Source of the DNA: a virus
UHGV virus genome: UHGV-1292143
Reading direction: 5' to 3' (one strand)
Length of the DNA: 22,583 nucleotides
The position numbers and the translations under genes are program-made. The notes under the pieces are model-generated. The model searched no databases, was not told the DNA's origin, and saw only the letters and a program-made list of their open reading frames with translations. Every line of letters begins with the position of its first letter. The first letter of the stretch is position 1. This document shows positions 8,242 through 17,004 of the stretch, one piece after another.

Positions 8242-8585
8242 AGAATAAGAAGTCACAAGTTAAAAAAACAAAAAGATCAGTTTCCGGCGGTGCCGGAACG
8301 TCCAGACTCAAAAAATTGACTTCATGGATCGCTGAGGCAAAAGCAAAGGCTGACAATCTGCGGTTATCCCAAAAACGCGCTCAAAAACATGAGTTCAAGC
8401 AGAAAGTAGAGGCGGCTGCGCGGAAATATGCTTACCTGAAGAACAAGCGTTCGCCTGATATTGGCGGGATATCAAACTTCGATAACCTACCGCATTGCAT
8501 GACGGTAAACGAAGCTCTTAATGCGGTTTTAGCCAAAAATAAAGATAACGATCAATGGGGTATACCGGCGGGATTCAGAGGGTGA
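8232..8585 (+). CDS. continuation of repL in a different frame (117 aa), or a separate small basic protein
   Basis: Frame is open from 8178 with no ATG. Restoring 1 nt would fuse it to 7741-8241 to give 281 codons, the length I recall for P1 RepL. Confidence 0.4.
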   Translation: MAIKNKKSQVKKTKRSVSGGAGTSRLKKLTSWIAEAKAKADNLRLSQKRAQKHEFKQKVEAAARKYAYLKNKRSPDIGGISNFDNLPHCMTVNEALNAVLAKNKDNDQWGIPAGFRG

Positions 8586-8799
8586 TAGATTGCTCTAATC
8601 TGGAGTCACCTGGCGTTTTCAGTATGGATTTTCTTTGGCGCGGTCTGGCCATTAGGGATCATGTTTGCTGCAACGTTTCTTCTGATGTGGGTATTCACCC
8701 TTCCAGGTGATTTCTATAGAAAAAAAGCCAGACATTGATACAATCGCTGCGGGTGCTTGAGGCTATCTGCTTCAGGCATTACCCGAAAAGCAGATAGAA

Positions 8800-8871
8800 G
8801 AAAGCCCCAGATAACATTACGCGTCCTGCAAGACGCTTAACATTAATCTGAGGCAATATCTATGCTTAGCA
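8800..8871 (-). ncRNA. possible Sok-like antisense RNA
   Basis: Minus-strand promoter-like TTGACC (8901-8906) - 18 bp - TAATCT (8877-8882); the transcript would be complementary to the mok start region at 8862. Inferred from hok/sok architecture only. Confidence 0.3.
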
Positions 8872-9068
8872 TACGTAGATTAGCCTCTTACCGACCAAAA
8901 GGTCAAGGAGAAGCAGGCTATGAAGCAGCAAAAAGCGATGTTAATCGCTCTGATCGTCATCTGTTTAACCGTCATTGTGACGGCACTGGTAACGAGGAAA
9001 GACCTCTGCGAGGTACGAATCCGAACCGGCCAGACGGAGGTCACTGTCTTCACAGCCTACGAATCTGA
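8862..9068 (+). CDS. mok-like leader ORF overlapping hok in another frame
   Basis: 68-aa ORF starting upstream of hok and overlapping it, as in hok/mok/sok loci. Confidence 0.4.
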   Translation: MLSIRRLASYRPKGQGEAGYEAAKSDVNRSDRHLFNRHCDGTGNEERPLRGTNPNRPDGGHCLHSLRI

Positions 9069-9075
9069 AAGGTAA
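8920..9075 (+). CDS. hok: Hok/Gef-family type I toxin (51 aa)
   Basis: MKQQKAMLIALIVICLTVIVTALVTRKDLCEVRIRTGQTEVTVFTAYESER: N-terminal transmembrane helix plus conserved TRKDLCEV and FTAYE motifs; AAGGAG Shine-Dalgarno 9 nt upstream. Confidence 0.85.
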   Translation: MKQQKAMLIALIVICLTVIVTALVTRKDLCEVRIRTGQTEVTVFTAYESER

Positions 9076-9097
9076 GAGACCTGGCGGGGAGAGATCC

Positions 9098-10435
9098 CAT
9101 AAGCGCTAACTTAAGGGTTGAACCATCTGAAGAATGCGACGCCTCGGTGCCTCGTTAAGACGATGCCTCGCGTTCTTCAATTGCGTTTTGTAGGCTGTCA
9201 GGGATACTGTCCCACGAATGGCCACCTGTAAGCTCCAGATGACCATTTTTGTTATTCTCCACAACGAGTTAGTTCTTCTTTTCGGATCCGGCACTTCTGG
9301 GGGGGAAATCCAGCGATGGCTGGATTATGTCGTCAATTAAAAATGCGGCGAGTAGATTAGCAAATATCCACGCTTTCGCGAGTTCAGGTTCCTTTGCACG
9401 CAAAGCATCCAGGTGCAGCAAACTTTTGAGCCGCTTAAAAGCCAGTTCAATTTGCCATCGCAGACGGTAACAATCAGCCACTTGCTCTGCTGAATATTCA
9501 TCTTCCGGTAATGATGTTAGCAATAGCACATGGCCCGCTGCTTCCAGCGTTTCCGCCTGAACTACTCGTCCTTTTCGACGATTCTCGCTGAGCAGTCGGG
9601 TTTTACTGATTAATGCTTTTTCGGGAGGAAGTGATACGGCAATGAGACGTGCCGGAAAGGGAGCTCCGGCTTTTTTATTACCTGAATTGCCTATCATTAC
9701 AGTGGTTTCACCGTTCTTACCGCAATCCAGCCCGCGCAGAAAACCCATCATGTCAAAGCGCATTCCTTCTGCAGTTAACCAGCGCAATCCTCGCCAGTGA
9801 ACCCGGACGATATAATCAGCTTCTCCAAAAGCAAGTGAGCGGATACATTCGGGACGCGAACCGAATCCCCGGTCAGCAATGCGTATCTCGTCTGCCGTTT
9901 GCGCAAATCGGTCCAGCCGTTCAGCGTCTCTGCTGTCGGTTAGCTCAAAATCAGTGAACTGACAGGTATGAGGATCATATCCCATATGTAGTCGCCATTC
10001 AGCGCTGCCGCCCCCGGGCGCACTGATTGCTGTTCCATCGACAAGACGCAATCTCTTTCCGCTTGTACAACCCGTAACTGCGGCGCGTACAGCAAGTGTT
10101 TGTGCGGCAAGTATGCCAAACCAGTCGGCGGCATTCCGCAGCCGCTTCAGGAGAGCCACGTCAGATAATGTTGCAACGTCATGGAGCTGAGCCCATGCAG
10201 TGACTTCACGTAATGACATCCCCCCGGGCCGTAAGCCAGCCCCAGACGTAGCAGAGTTGCAGCATCACGAATTTCGCGGCGGCGGGTTAGAGCCCCGGCA
10301 TTACGTGCCGAAGTATCCAGTTCTTCGGGCTTACCAATATGGGCCAGAATTGCTGACCAGTTATCGTGAGAGTAATTCATCGGCACGTTAAATCATATCA
10401 GGCGTAATACCACAACCCTTAAGTTAGCGCTTATG
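9098..10435 (-). mobile_element. IS186-like insertion sequence (IS4 family), 1338 bp, with a 10-bp target duplication
   Basis: Perfect 23-bp terminal inverted repeats CATAAGCGCTAACTTAAGGGTTG; flanking direct repeat GGAGAGATCC (9088-9097 and 10436-10445) within a GGGG-N-CCCC target, typical for IS186. Confidence 0.85.
9269..10386 (-). pseudogene. IS186 transposase, split by a -1 frameshift in a G-run
   Basis: N-terminal 56 aa (MPMNYSHDNW...GPGG) and the 316-aa DDE body (MSLREV...YRLRWQIELAFKRLK) are in different frames. The junction is a C6 run at 10220-10225 (G6 on the coding strand); restoring one G makes a continuous ~372-codon ORF. Confidence 0.7.
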
Positions 10436-10491
10436 GGAGAGATCCCCGCCACTCTTCGTGTGTCAGGTATCCTCAATGCACCCTTTCCTCT

Positions 10492-10522
10492 CCAAATAAA
10501 AAAGCTCCCGAAGGAGCTTTAA
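10492..10522 (-). terminator. rho-independent terminator ending the minus-strand late operon
   Basis: Minus strand reads AAAGCTCC-TTCG-GGAGCTTT followed by TTTTTATTT, immediately after the stop of the 10540-11049 gene. Confidence 0.6.
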
Positions 10523-10539
10523 AATACAAGGGATGACTC

Positions 10540-11049
10540 TTAATCCCACTCAATCCAGTTGTAGACGATACGAAGTGACGGGCGCACAGCGGCAGTCACA
10601 TCTTCGGTACTAAAGTCGATTGCATCACTGTAGATTTTGCAGTCCAACATTTCAATTGTTGTAGCAGCTTTTGTCACAGCGTTAACCCCGGAAGCTTTGG
10701 ATTCAGGGGTAGCAGCCATCGTGATATCAACATAGTCCTTCGCCGCAATGCGATCCTTAATGAACTGAAGAATATCGCCTTCGATAGTCTCCACGCACTG
10801 GACCTGGATTTCCCCAGAGTTTCGAATTGCTCCGTGCTGGTTGAACTTCACACCATTCGGACCATAGTCCTCCACATCCTCTCGAGTCATTTCAGGGATT
10901 TGCGACGTGCGAACCAGTACGCTGATATCTTCATGGCCTGCAAAAGTGAGCTGGAATTCAGAAGATACCAGTCGTTCGCCTTTGGCCGCGTTGGCAGTAT
11001 AGCGGCCCTTAATAAATTTACGGTTTCCCTTAGTGTTATTGTGCCCCAT
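10540..11049 (-). CDS. phage tail tube-like protein (169 aa)
   Basis: Pattern resembles T4 gp19-family tube proteins (FQLTF... ; C-terminal LRIVYNWIEWD versus gp19 ...LALDYWE); AAGGA Shine-Dalgarno. Assignment from memory. Confidence 0.5.
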   Translation of the reverse strand: MGHNNTKGNRKFIKGRYTANAAKGERLVSSEFQLTFAGHEDISVLVRTSQIPEMTREDVEDYGPNGVKFNQHGAIRNSGEIQVQCVETIEGDILQFIKDRIAAKDYVDITMAATPESKASGVNAVTKAATTIEMLDCKIYSDAIDFSTEDVTAAVRPSLRIVYNWIEWD

Positions 11050-11060
11050 ATAAAATCCTT

Positions 11061-11642
11061 TTACTGGAACGCCCGAACAATATCGGAGCTGTTATATATC
11101 GAAGAACCGGTCAACTGGAGGTTGACGGTGTTTTTCAGGAAATATCCATTACTGTCCCTTGGCGCATCGAGATCAAAACTTAAGTCCTGGATGGCGACAT
11201 CGGTGATGTTGATCCGGCGACCAATGTTTAGCGTCACGCGCTCCGGGATTCGACCACCAACATTGGCCGCTTTTAGTTCCGGGCTAATCATGGCTGTCAA
11301 CGCGGCGATAGCGCCTGAAACTTCAATGAATGGATTGTTCAAAGCAATGAAAGTTACAGGCAGCGTGAACGTCGGCGGAGTCCCCCCTTCCCAAACCATT
11401 AAGCTATTCCAACGGGCAACCGACGTTGTTTCAGTACCTACTTGCACAAAACCACCCAGAGCACCAGAAACAGATCCCATGGACATACCGGTAAACGGCG
11501 CTTCCCAATTCTGGGCCATGTTCATTGCCGCTCCCTGGCTGATATATCCGGTAACCTGGTACTGAGAGTTCGTTAAAGTAACTTTCAGATATGGCGATAC
11601 ACCGTCAGCCTGGCTGTAAACCCCATAAGCTATAGGAGCCAT
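11061..11642 (-). CDS. phage late/virion protein of unknown function (193 aa)
   Basis: ORF in the late operon; start preceded by a GC hairpin rather than a canonical Shine-Dalgarno. Confidence 0.6.
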   Translation of the reverse strand: MAPIAYGVYSQADGVSPYLKVTLTNSQYQVTGYISQGAAMNMAQNWEAPFTGMSMGSVSGALGGFVQVGTETTSVARWNSLMVWEGGTPPTFTLPVTFIALNNPFIEVSGAIAALTAMISPELKAANVGGRIPERVTLNIGRRINITDVAIQDLSFDLDAPRDSNGYFLKNTVNLQLTGSSIYNSSDIVRAFQ

Positions 11643-11652
11643 TCAAGTTAAA

Positions 11653-11670
11653 GGCCGGAGTTCTCCGGCC
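11653..11670 (-). promoter_or_regulatory. GC-rich hairpin between the acidic-protein gene and the 193-aa gene
   Basis: GGCCGGAG / CTCCGGCC stem; on the minus strand it lies between an AGGAGG motif and the ATG at 11642. Confidence 0.4.
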
Positions 11671-11677
11671 TCCTCCT

Positions 11678-12493
11678 TTAGCCAAGGCGCTTACGGCGCA
11701 GTTTCATTGACTTTTTGCGGGCAAGTTTTGCCGCGCCGGTCTGGGCTTTTCGACGCACTTTTTTCAGCGCCGATTTTTGAGCCGCAGTCAGACGTTTTTT
11801 ACGCAGGCGTTTACGGATGAGTTTGATCTCACCGTTACGAACAACCTTCTTAAATGCTTCAGTCAGCATTTCATCAGAAGTGCCAGCAACAACAAACGCC
11901 GCTTCCAGTTCGTCGCGGTCGTCGCTATCTAAACCAGCGATAGAGGCACCAACATCAGCAGCTGCGTCGTCGTCTTCATCGTCAGCCAGTGCTTCGATCA
12001 GGTCATCATCTACACCGCATGCTGCGAGGAAGTTAGCAACATTTGCCCATGCTTCGTTATAGGCATCGTCCTGTTCTTCTGTAACTTCGGAGTCGTCGTC
12101 ATCAGAGATACCAGCGATAGCCTGAACGAAACCATCAAGGGAGTCGAAAGTCAGATCACCGCTATCAGCCCAGGCGAAAACGGCGTCGGCCGCATCACTC
12201 AACGCATTCTGCATAGCACTTCGATTTGCAGCTTCCAGAATCATCTGGTGCGCCTGTTCGACGGTCCATTCTTTACCGTCTTTCCCTTCCAGGATTTGCT
12301 CAGGAGCCGTGGCAGATGGAGCGTTATCGTTAGTCTGTGCCGCCGGTTCCGGATTATTATTAATAACCGGATCTGTTGTCGGTTCGGCGCTTGCTCGGGC
12401 AGACTCCATCAACTGCACAAGATCAGAGTTCAAAGCGAAACGAGACAGTCCATTCCCCAAAAATACCCCGGATTGAAAAAAGTTTTTGCTCAT
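11678..12493 (-). CDS. very acidic protein with a strongly basic C-terminal tail (271 aa); possible scaffold or internal virion protein
   Basis: D/E-rich body (many DDDD runs) and C-terminal KLIRKRLRKKRL...RRKRLG; AAGGA Shine-Dalgarno 7 nt upstream; starts 10 nt after the stop of 12503-14008. Confidence 0.65.
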   Translation of the reverse strand: MSKNFFQSGVFLGNGLSRFALNSDLVQLMESARASAEPTTDPVINNNPEPAAQTNDNAPSATAPEQILEGKDGKEWTVEQAHQMILEAANRSAMQNALSDAADAVFAWADSGDLTFDSLDGFVQAIAGISDDDDSEVTEEQDDAYNEAWANVANFLAACGVDDDLIEALADDEDDDAAADVGASIAGLDSDDRDELEAAFVVAGTSDEMLTEAFKKVVRNGEIKLIRKRLRKKRLTAAQKSALKKVRRKAQTGAAKLARKKSMKLRRKRLG

Positions 12494-12502
12494 TGTATTT
12501 CC

Positions 12503-14008
12503 TTACTTAATAAGCAGCGGTACGCCCTGGATACGACGGGCTACGCCAGTCGGGCAGCAGGCCCAGACTACTTCCCATTTATCGAATTCCGCCTGCGTAA
12601 CTTTCAGCACATACGGTTCTGTACCGTCAGCATCAGGATCACGAGGAGCCACCAGAGCGCCGGAGGCGACAAAGCGATCCAAAAGTTTGGTCATCCCTTT
12701 AGTCAGGCCAGACTCAGTAATGCCGTCCGGGTTATGCTTCATCTGTCGGGCTAACTGGACAAAGAAACGGCTGATTGCGTTCATCAGGGATGGGACGTGC
12801 TGGAAATGCAGATAGTTGTCCTGCGTGCAGCAAGTTAAAGCATCATCGATGATCATCTGGCCCGAAGTACCTACAGATACTTTATTGAGTCGGCCCTTGA
12901 CCATAGCTTCTTCGTCCGGGGTGTCTTCAGGATACAGCGGCTGAAGTGATGCACGAGCAATGACGGCACGTTCTTCACCAGCCGGTGAGTAATGCCAACC
13001 GCCGACATCGGAGTTTTTCTTGACGCCACGAGCTTTCGCCGCATACGCCGCGCCAGACAGACCGAAGACCACGCGGGATTGGGTCCATTTGTCTTTGCAG
13101 GAGAACGGGAAATGATAGACAGCACAGCTTACATAATCGGTACCAAGTAAACCGGTATCTTCAACAGCAGAGATCGCCGCATTGTCATAGCAACCCAGGC
13201 CGAGAACAGCGGTGTGCATGTACGGCGCATTGTTCAGCACTTTCACCGCACGCAGGTAAGCAGCAGTGGAAATGTTCGACTGATCGCCGTTGGTACCGCC
13301 AGTGAACGCCAGCGATTTTTTATTTGTTACTTTCGCCGTCGAAATCAGCTCTTCATTAACAACCGCGCGCAGATATTTAGAACGGGCTTCCAGAGCCGTA
13401 GGCAGATAACACAAGCGGCCCATGTCATCTTTCGCTTCTTCCGCCAAAGACACAGTGTGTGTCTCCAGGGTCGTTACCACACCGAGCGAAGTCGTCTGGG
13501 TCAGTTTTAAGAGGAAGCGTTCATTACCCGCGCTGTCCGCTGTTGCCGTTTCGATGGTTAACTCACGGGTAGGAGAAATACACGGATCACCATCATCAAC
13601 GTAGATAGCAAAGGCTTCGCCGCTATCAAGTTCAATTTCAGAACCGTATGGCAACGCACTGTAAGCCGGTTCGCCTGATTCATCGAACATAATAATCGGG
13701 AACTTCGCATCATCCGGAACAGCACGGACAACATAACCAGACGTTTGCTGAATAGCTTCGTACACATGGCGAATTGGTTCGAACTGTGAGCCGGAGGACG
13801 GCTTCAGCGGTTCGCCGAGAACATCTTCGTAATTGGACTCAGTAACCGCAAGAACAGTAAACGGCTTGCCACGCGCAAATACGCCAATACCAGCCCACAA
13901 GCTGCTATTTAATGCAACACCGGTAGATAACGTCGCATCGGCATTGATCGGGCTAACAGCGACACCGGATGCATTACCTAATGACTGTTGAATTGAATAT
14001 TGAGACAT
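12503..14008 (-). CDS. large late structural protein (501 aa), possibly tail sheath
   Basis: Size and position between the head-precursor gene and tube-like genes; function is inferred from gene order only. Confidence 0.5.
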   Translation of the reverse strand: MSQYSIQQSLGNASGVAVSPINADATLSTGVALNSSLWAGIGVFARGKPFTVLAVTESNYEDVLGEPLKPSSGSQFEPIRHVYEAIQQTSGYVVRAVPDDAKFPIIMFDESGEPAYSALPYGSEIELDSGEAFAIYVDDGDPCISPTRELTIETATADSAGNERFLLKLTQTTSLGVVTTLETHTVSLAEEAKDDMGRLCYLPTALEARSKYLRAVVNEELISTAKVTNKKSLAFTGGTNGDQSNISTAAYLRAVKVLNNAPYMHTAVLGLGCYDNAAISAVEDTGLLGTDYVSCAVYHFPFSCKDKWTQSRVVFGLSGAAYAAKARGVKKNSDVGGWHYSPAGEERAVIARASLQPLYPEDTPDEEAMVKGRLNKVSVGTSGQMIIDDALTCCTQDNYLHFQHVPSLMNAISRFFVQLARQMKHNPDGITESGLTKGMTKLLDRFVASGALVAPRDPDADGTEPYVLKVTQAEFDKWEVVWACCPTGVARRIQGVPLLIK

Positions 14009-14023
14009 AACTTTCCCTGTTAT

Positions 14024-14041
14024 GCGCCCCGCACGGGGCGC
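14024..14041 (-). promoter_or_regulatory. perfect 8-bp GC stem hairpin between the head-precursor and sheath-like genes
   Basis: GCGCCCCG / CGGGGCGC with no downstream U-run; likely an mRNA-stability or attenuation element rather than a full terminator. Confidence 0.4.
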
Positions 14042-14067
14042 TATGTTAAACGGAGAACTTCCCCTGA

Positions 14068-15774
14068 TTACTCAGAGTCACCGGCATCAATCGTGTCGCT
14101 GCTTATAAAGTTAAGCCCGCCTTTTTTGGCCATTGTCAGCGTTACACGAGTGAAGTAATCAGCGCCGTTGCGTGGGTGCATATCGTTGATAGCCGAACCC
14201 CACAGCGTGGTACGGTTGACCAGCACCGGAGTGGTCGGATGCTGGAACGGGATGGCCGGGACAGCATCACCAGTCACGAAGCCTGCTTTACCCGGATTTT
14301 CATCACGGACGTAGCACAGCACATCCATCGAGCTGAACTGAATGTTCTCTGTCGTTAAGTTCTTACAAATACCAGCAGGTACTTCGTACACTTTCACGTT
14401 ACCGAACAGGGTACCGATGTAGTGAACATACGGAGTCTGGATATAGTCTTCGGCTGGCTGGAAGAAATCCTTCGGCAACTGTTTGAAGAAAGATGCTGCA
14501 TCAGCACCAGCAAACATCCCCATCGCACCAGAAGATTTAACGCGCTCAATAATGTCGCGATATACAGTCTGGAATTTGCCACGAATGATGGTTGCCCATA
14601 CATCAAAGGACTGGTTAACCGGCAGAGCGATGTCAAAGGTGTCGGTCGCAAGAGTACGCCAGATCATGATGCGAAGACGCAGCATATCCTGTTCATGAGA
14701 CAGGTATTCCTTCAGGGTGCGGAACTGTAGGGAACCCAGGTCCAGACCAAATTCACGCTGTGCTACATACGCCGCCTGTACCGTGTGCTCAGCCGCGATA
14801 ACGAACTGACTTGGGAACAGGGTGTATTTCTTCATTTCGTGGTTGATCAGCGGGATCAGCTCAGGAGCGGCTTCAATATTGATTTCCGTCTCAATTGCGA
14901 TCTCAGTGCCTTTATCCGGCGCTTTGGAGAACGACAGGGCAATCTGACCAATGTTGTAGTTCAGAGAGCAGGTAACAGTGATTTGCTCACCAGCAGCATT
15001 AGTAAACGAGTGAAGTAGGCTGCCGGAACCGTTATCAACAACAGACTTAATACGGTTAACGTAGATGTTAGTGCGACCTTTTCGGATTGGTACATTCTGG
15101 CCTTCGAAGTCTTCCATCTTGAAGGTTGCGGTTTTGCTGGTGCCATCGGAGCTTGCCACCAGCACATAGCGGCGACGTAACTGGCTGTACACACCGACGG
15201 ATTGCATGTCCAGAACATCACCAGCAGCATAAGAACCAAAAGATGAACCTGCCACGTTAAAGACTTCATAGATGTCGGACTGGTCACGCGTAACCGGAAT
15301 GAAGGTACACGCATCAGCGGTAGCTGCCCCCAACTGAACAGGCAGGATCATCGCGAGGAATAAAGGCAGACGCATAACACCGTCAGAAACGCTCATCATC
15401 TCTGCTGCGACGGATTCCAGCATCGCTTTATTAGTGGCATCCATGCTATTGCGGGTGGACTCAATCAGGCAGTTTTCCAGCGTCTGGTGGCAGGAGGCCA
15501 GAATTTCCGGACGCGGCATAGATTTATGTGCTGCGGCGTAGTCAGCCAGTGCACTTGCCCACGCTGTAGCGATTTGAGCGGTGGCATTATCAGAGATACC
15601 CGCAAAAACCGGGTCTTTACGTGCAGCTTCAAGGATAGATGCGGCACGCGCGGCATCATCTTTAATGAATTGGTTATCAGTACCGAACTGCGCAGTGCTT
15701 GCCCAGCCAAGCACAGCTTTAGAGCGTTTTGCGATATCTGCAATACGATTCTGGTATTCGCGTAAGTTACTCAA
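14068..15774 (-). CDS. major head protein precursor (P1 gp23-like) with helical N-terminal delta-like domain (about 568 aa)
   Basis: N-terminal ~150 aa are helical/Ala-rich, then a large beta-rich body. Probable TTG start at 15772-15774 with AAGGAAGAG Shine-Dalgarno; the track start at 15795 has none. Sits next to parS/parB as I recall for P1 gene 23. Confidence 0.55.
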   Translation of the reverse strand: MSNLREYQNRIADIAKRSKAVLGWASTAQFGTDNQFIKDDAARAASILEAARKDPVFAGISDNATAQIATAWASALADYAAAHKSMPRPEILASCHQTLENCLIESTRNSMDATNKAMLESVAAEMMSVSDGVMRLPLFLAMILPVQLGAATADACTFIPVTRDQSDIYEVFNVAGSSFGSYAAGDVLDMQSVGVYSQLRRRYVLVASSDGTSKTATFKMEDFEGQNVPIRKGRTNIYVNRIKSVVDNGSGSLLHSFTNAAGEQITVTCSLNYNIGQIALSFSKAPDKGTEIAIETEINIEAAPELIPLINHEMKKYTLFPSQFVIAAEHTVQAAYVAQREFGLDLGSLQFRTLKEYLSHEQDMLRLRIMIWRTLATDTFDIALPVNQSFDVWATIIRGKFQTVYRDIIERVKSSGAMGMFAGADAASFFKQLPKDFFQPAEDYIQTPYVHYIGTLFGNVKVYEVPAGICKNLTTENIQFSSMDVLCYVRDENPGKAGFVTGDAVPAIPFQHPTTPVLVNRTTLWGSAINDMHPRNGADYFTRVTLTMAKKGGLNFISSDTIDAGDSE

Positions 15775-15825
15775 TTTACTCTTCCTTAAACACAAGGCAC
15801 TTGTGTGAATCCCTTTTCGGAAGAG

Positions 15826-15854
15826 ATTTTATTGAAAGTCACTTGTTGACTTTC
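15826..15854 (-). promoter_or_regulatory. candidate late promoter: palindrome GAAAGTCA-N5-TGACTTTC with a TAAAAT -10 hexamer 2 bp downstream
   Basis: Seen on the minus strand about 50 nt upstream of the head-gene start. Architecture (palindrome around -22/-25 plus -10, no -35) resembles P1 Lpa-dependent late promoters as I recall them. Confidence 0.35.
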
Positions 15855-15914
15855 TCGCGAAAAGTAATTTTTTAAATTTTTTGTGCGGGGAAGTGGACGG
15901 TGAATGCAGGCGTT

Positions 15915-15990
15915 AAATCGTGGGAATTTCAGTCTGAAATTCTCCTAAAAAACACATGCAAATCATAAGGTTAGTAATGAAATTGGTGCG
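15915..15990. other. parS: candidate parS centromere
   Basis: Immediately downstream of parB: inverted heptamer-like boxes AATTTCAG-T-CTGAAATT (15925-15941), an IHF-like site AATCATAAGGTTA (15961-15973), then AATGAAATTGG; compare P1 parS box A ATTTCAC with an internal IHF site. Confidence 0.45.
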
Positions 15991-16038
15991 GGACATTTTA
16001 GGAAGGGGAGGGGCTAACACCACCTCCCACCAGCGGGA

Positions 16039-17004
16039 TTATTCCCCAGCAGACATTTTCCCAATGATTTTTTTTATTGCTTCGTCAATTTCAGTTTGCA
16101 CTTCAGACGGGAGTCTGGAGAACTCGTAGGCGACAACCCGTTTTTTCGGATCGGACTTCTTTCGAGCATATTGGCGACGGTCAGAGAAGTCTCGCAGCTT
16201 CTCAACCACCACAGATTTAACCGGCGCGGGCTTCAGGCTTTTGCTTTCCGCTTTGAAGATAGCCAGTATCTTCGCTTTATCCTCTTTCGCGCCCTCAGTC
16301 TCTGCAATTCGTTCGCGCACCGTATCAACCAGCTCTTCAATAGGCACGCTTTTAGCGTTGGCATCCTCGGAGATCTGGAGCAGTAACTGGTAATCTGGCA
16401 GGGCGAGATCGCTGGCAACAGGGAAGACAGCAATCATCTCATCCGGCACCGCTGCCGCCTGGAACGCGCGCGTAACTTTAGCCTTTGAAATGTTCTCAGC
16501 GCGGGCGATCTCTTCTTTGGTCATGCTCTTACCATACATAACCTCGAAGCGTTTACCCAGTTCGCGCAGGGTGTGTTCGCGGGCTGTCTGGATATCAATG
16601 GCCAGCTGGCGTGCATCCGCCAGGCTGATCTCATCTTTCGTCACCAGAATCTCAAATTTCGTTTCATTGAAGATACACGCAGCGCGGCGACGTGATCCGT
16701 CCAATACCTCAATGCGCTCCCCAACCATACGACCGATAGCCGGGAAGAACTGTTGCAATTTAATGGTGCGGGAAATATCGCTTACCGACTCAGGGGTGAG
16801 CAGAGACTGATCGCGGCCGTTAACTGCCGGGTCAACGAACGTGCGCGACTCAATCTCACCACTCAGCACAACGGTAAGCAAAAATTTAGCCTGGCGGCCA
16901 GATTTTAGGGTAAAGGTTTTGGTGCCTTCACTGCCTTCAAGCATGCGAGCAAACTCGGAGCTATTCTTGCCCAGCACTCGTCCACGGGAAACTATTTTTT
17001 TCAT
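16039..17004 (-). CDS. parB: ParB partition protein, P1/P7 type (321 aa)
   Basis: Core ...FFPAIGRMVGERIEVLDGSRRRAACIF...KAKVTRAFQAAAVPDEMIAVFP... aligns with P1 ParB by eye at roughly 50% identity; ATGA overlap with the parA stop. Confidence 0.85.
   Translation of the reverse strand: MKKIVSRGRVLGKNSSEFARMLEGSEGTKTFTLKSGRQAKFLLTVVLSGEIESRTFVDPAVNGRDQSLLTPESVSDISRTIKLQQFFPAIGRMVGERIEVLDGSRRRAACIFNETKFEILVTKDEISLADARQLAIDIQTAREHTLRELGKRFEVMYGKSMTKEEIARAENISKAKVTRAFQAAAVPDEMIAVFPVASDLALPDYQLLLQISEDANAKSVPIEELVDTVRERIAETEGAKEDKAKILAIFKAESKSLKPAPVKSVVVEKLRDFSDRRQYARKKSDPKKRVVAYEFSRLPSEVQTEIDEAIKKIIGKMSAGE

Noticed and set aside
8232-8585. Reading the 117-aa frame as an independent gene downstream of repL
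   Set aside because: The frame has no ATG, is open only from 8178, and joining it to the upstream frame by one nucleotide gives the expected RepL length; kept only as a low-confidence alternative.
9106-10134. Small ORFs inside IS186 (62, 102, 64 aa)
   Set aside because: They lie antisense to, or out of frame within, the transposase gene and are explained by it.
15795-15795. Track start codons for several genes (15795, 20812, 21670, 4934)
   Set aside because: Downstream in-frame starts at 15774, 20785, 21613 and 4874 are better supported: the first three have strong Shine-Dalgarno motifs (21613 also lies past the upstream gene's stop), and 4874 gives a proper lipoprotein signal peptide though its Shine-Dalgarno is weak.
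16001-16028. Possible terminator hairpin GGGAGG...CCTCCC after parB
   Set aside because: Short 6-bp stem with an 11-nt loop and no clear U-run; too weak to call, and the region is better explained as part of the parS/late-promoter intergenic space.
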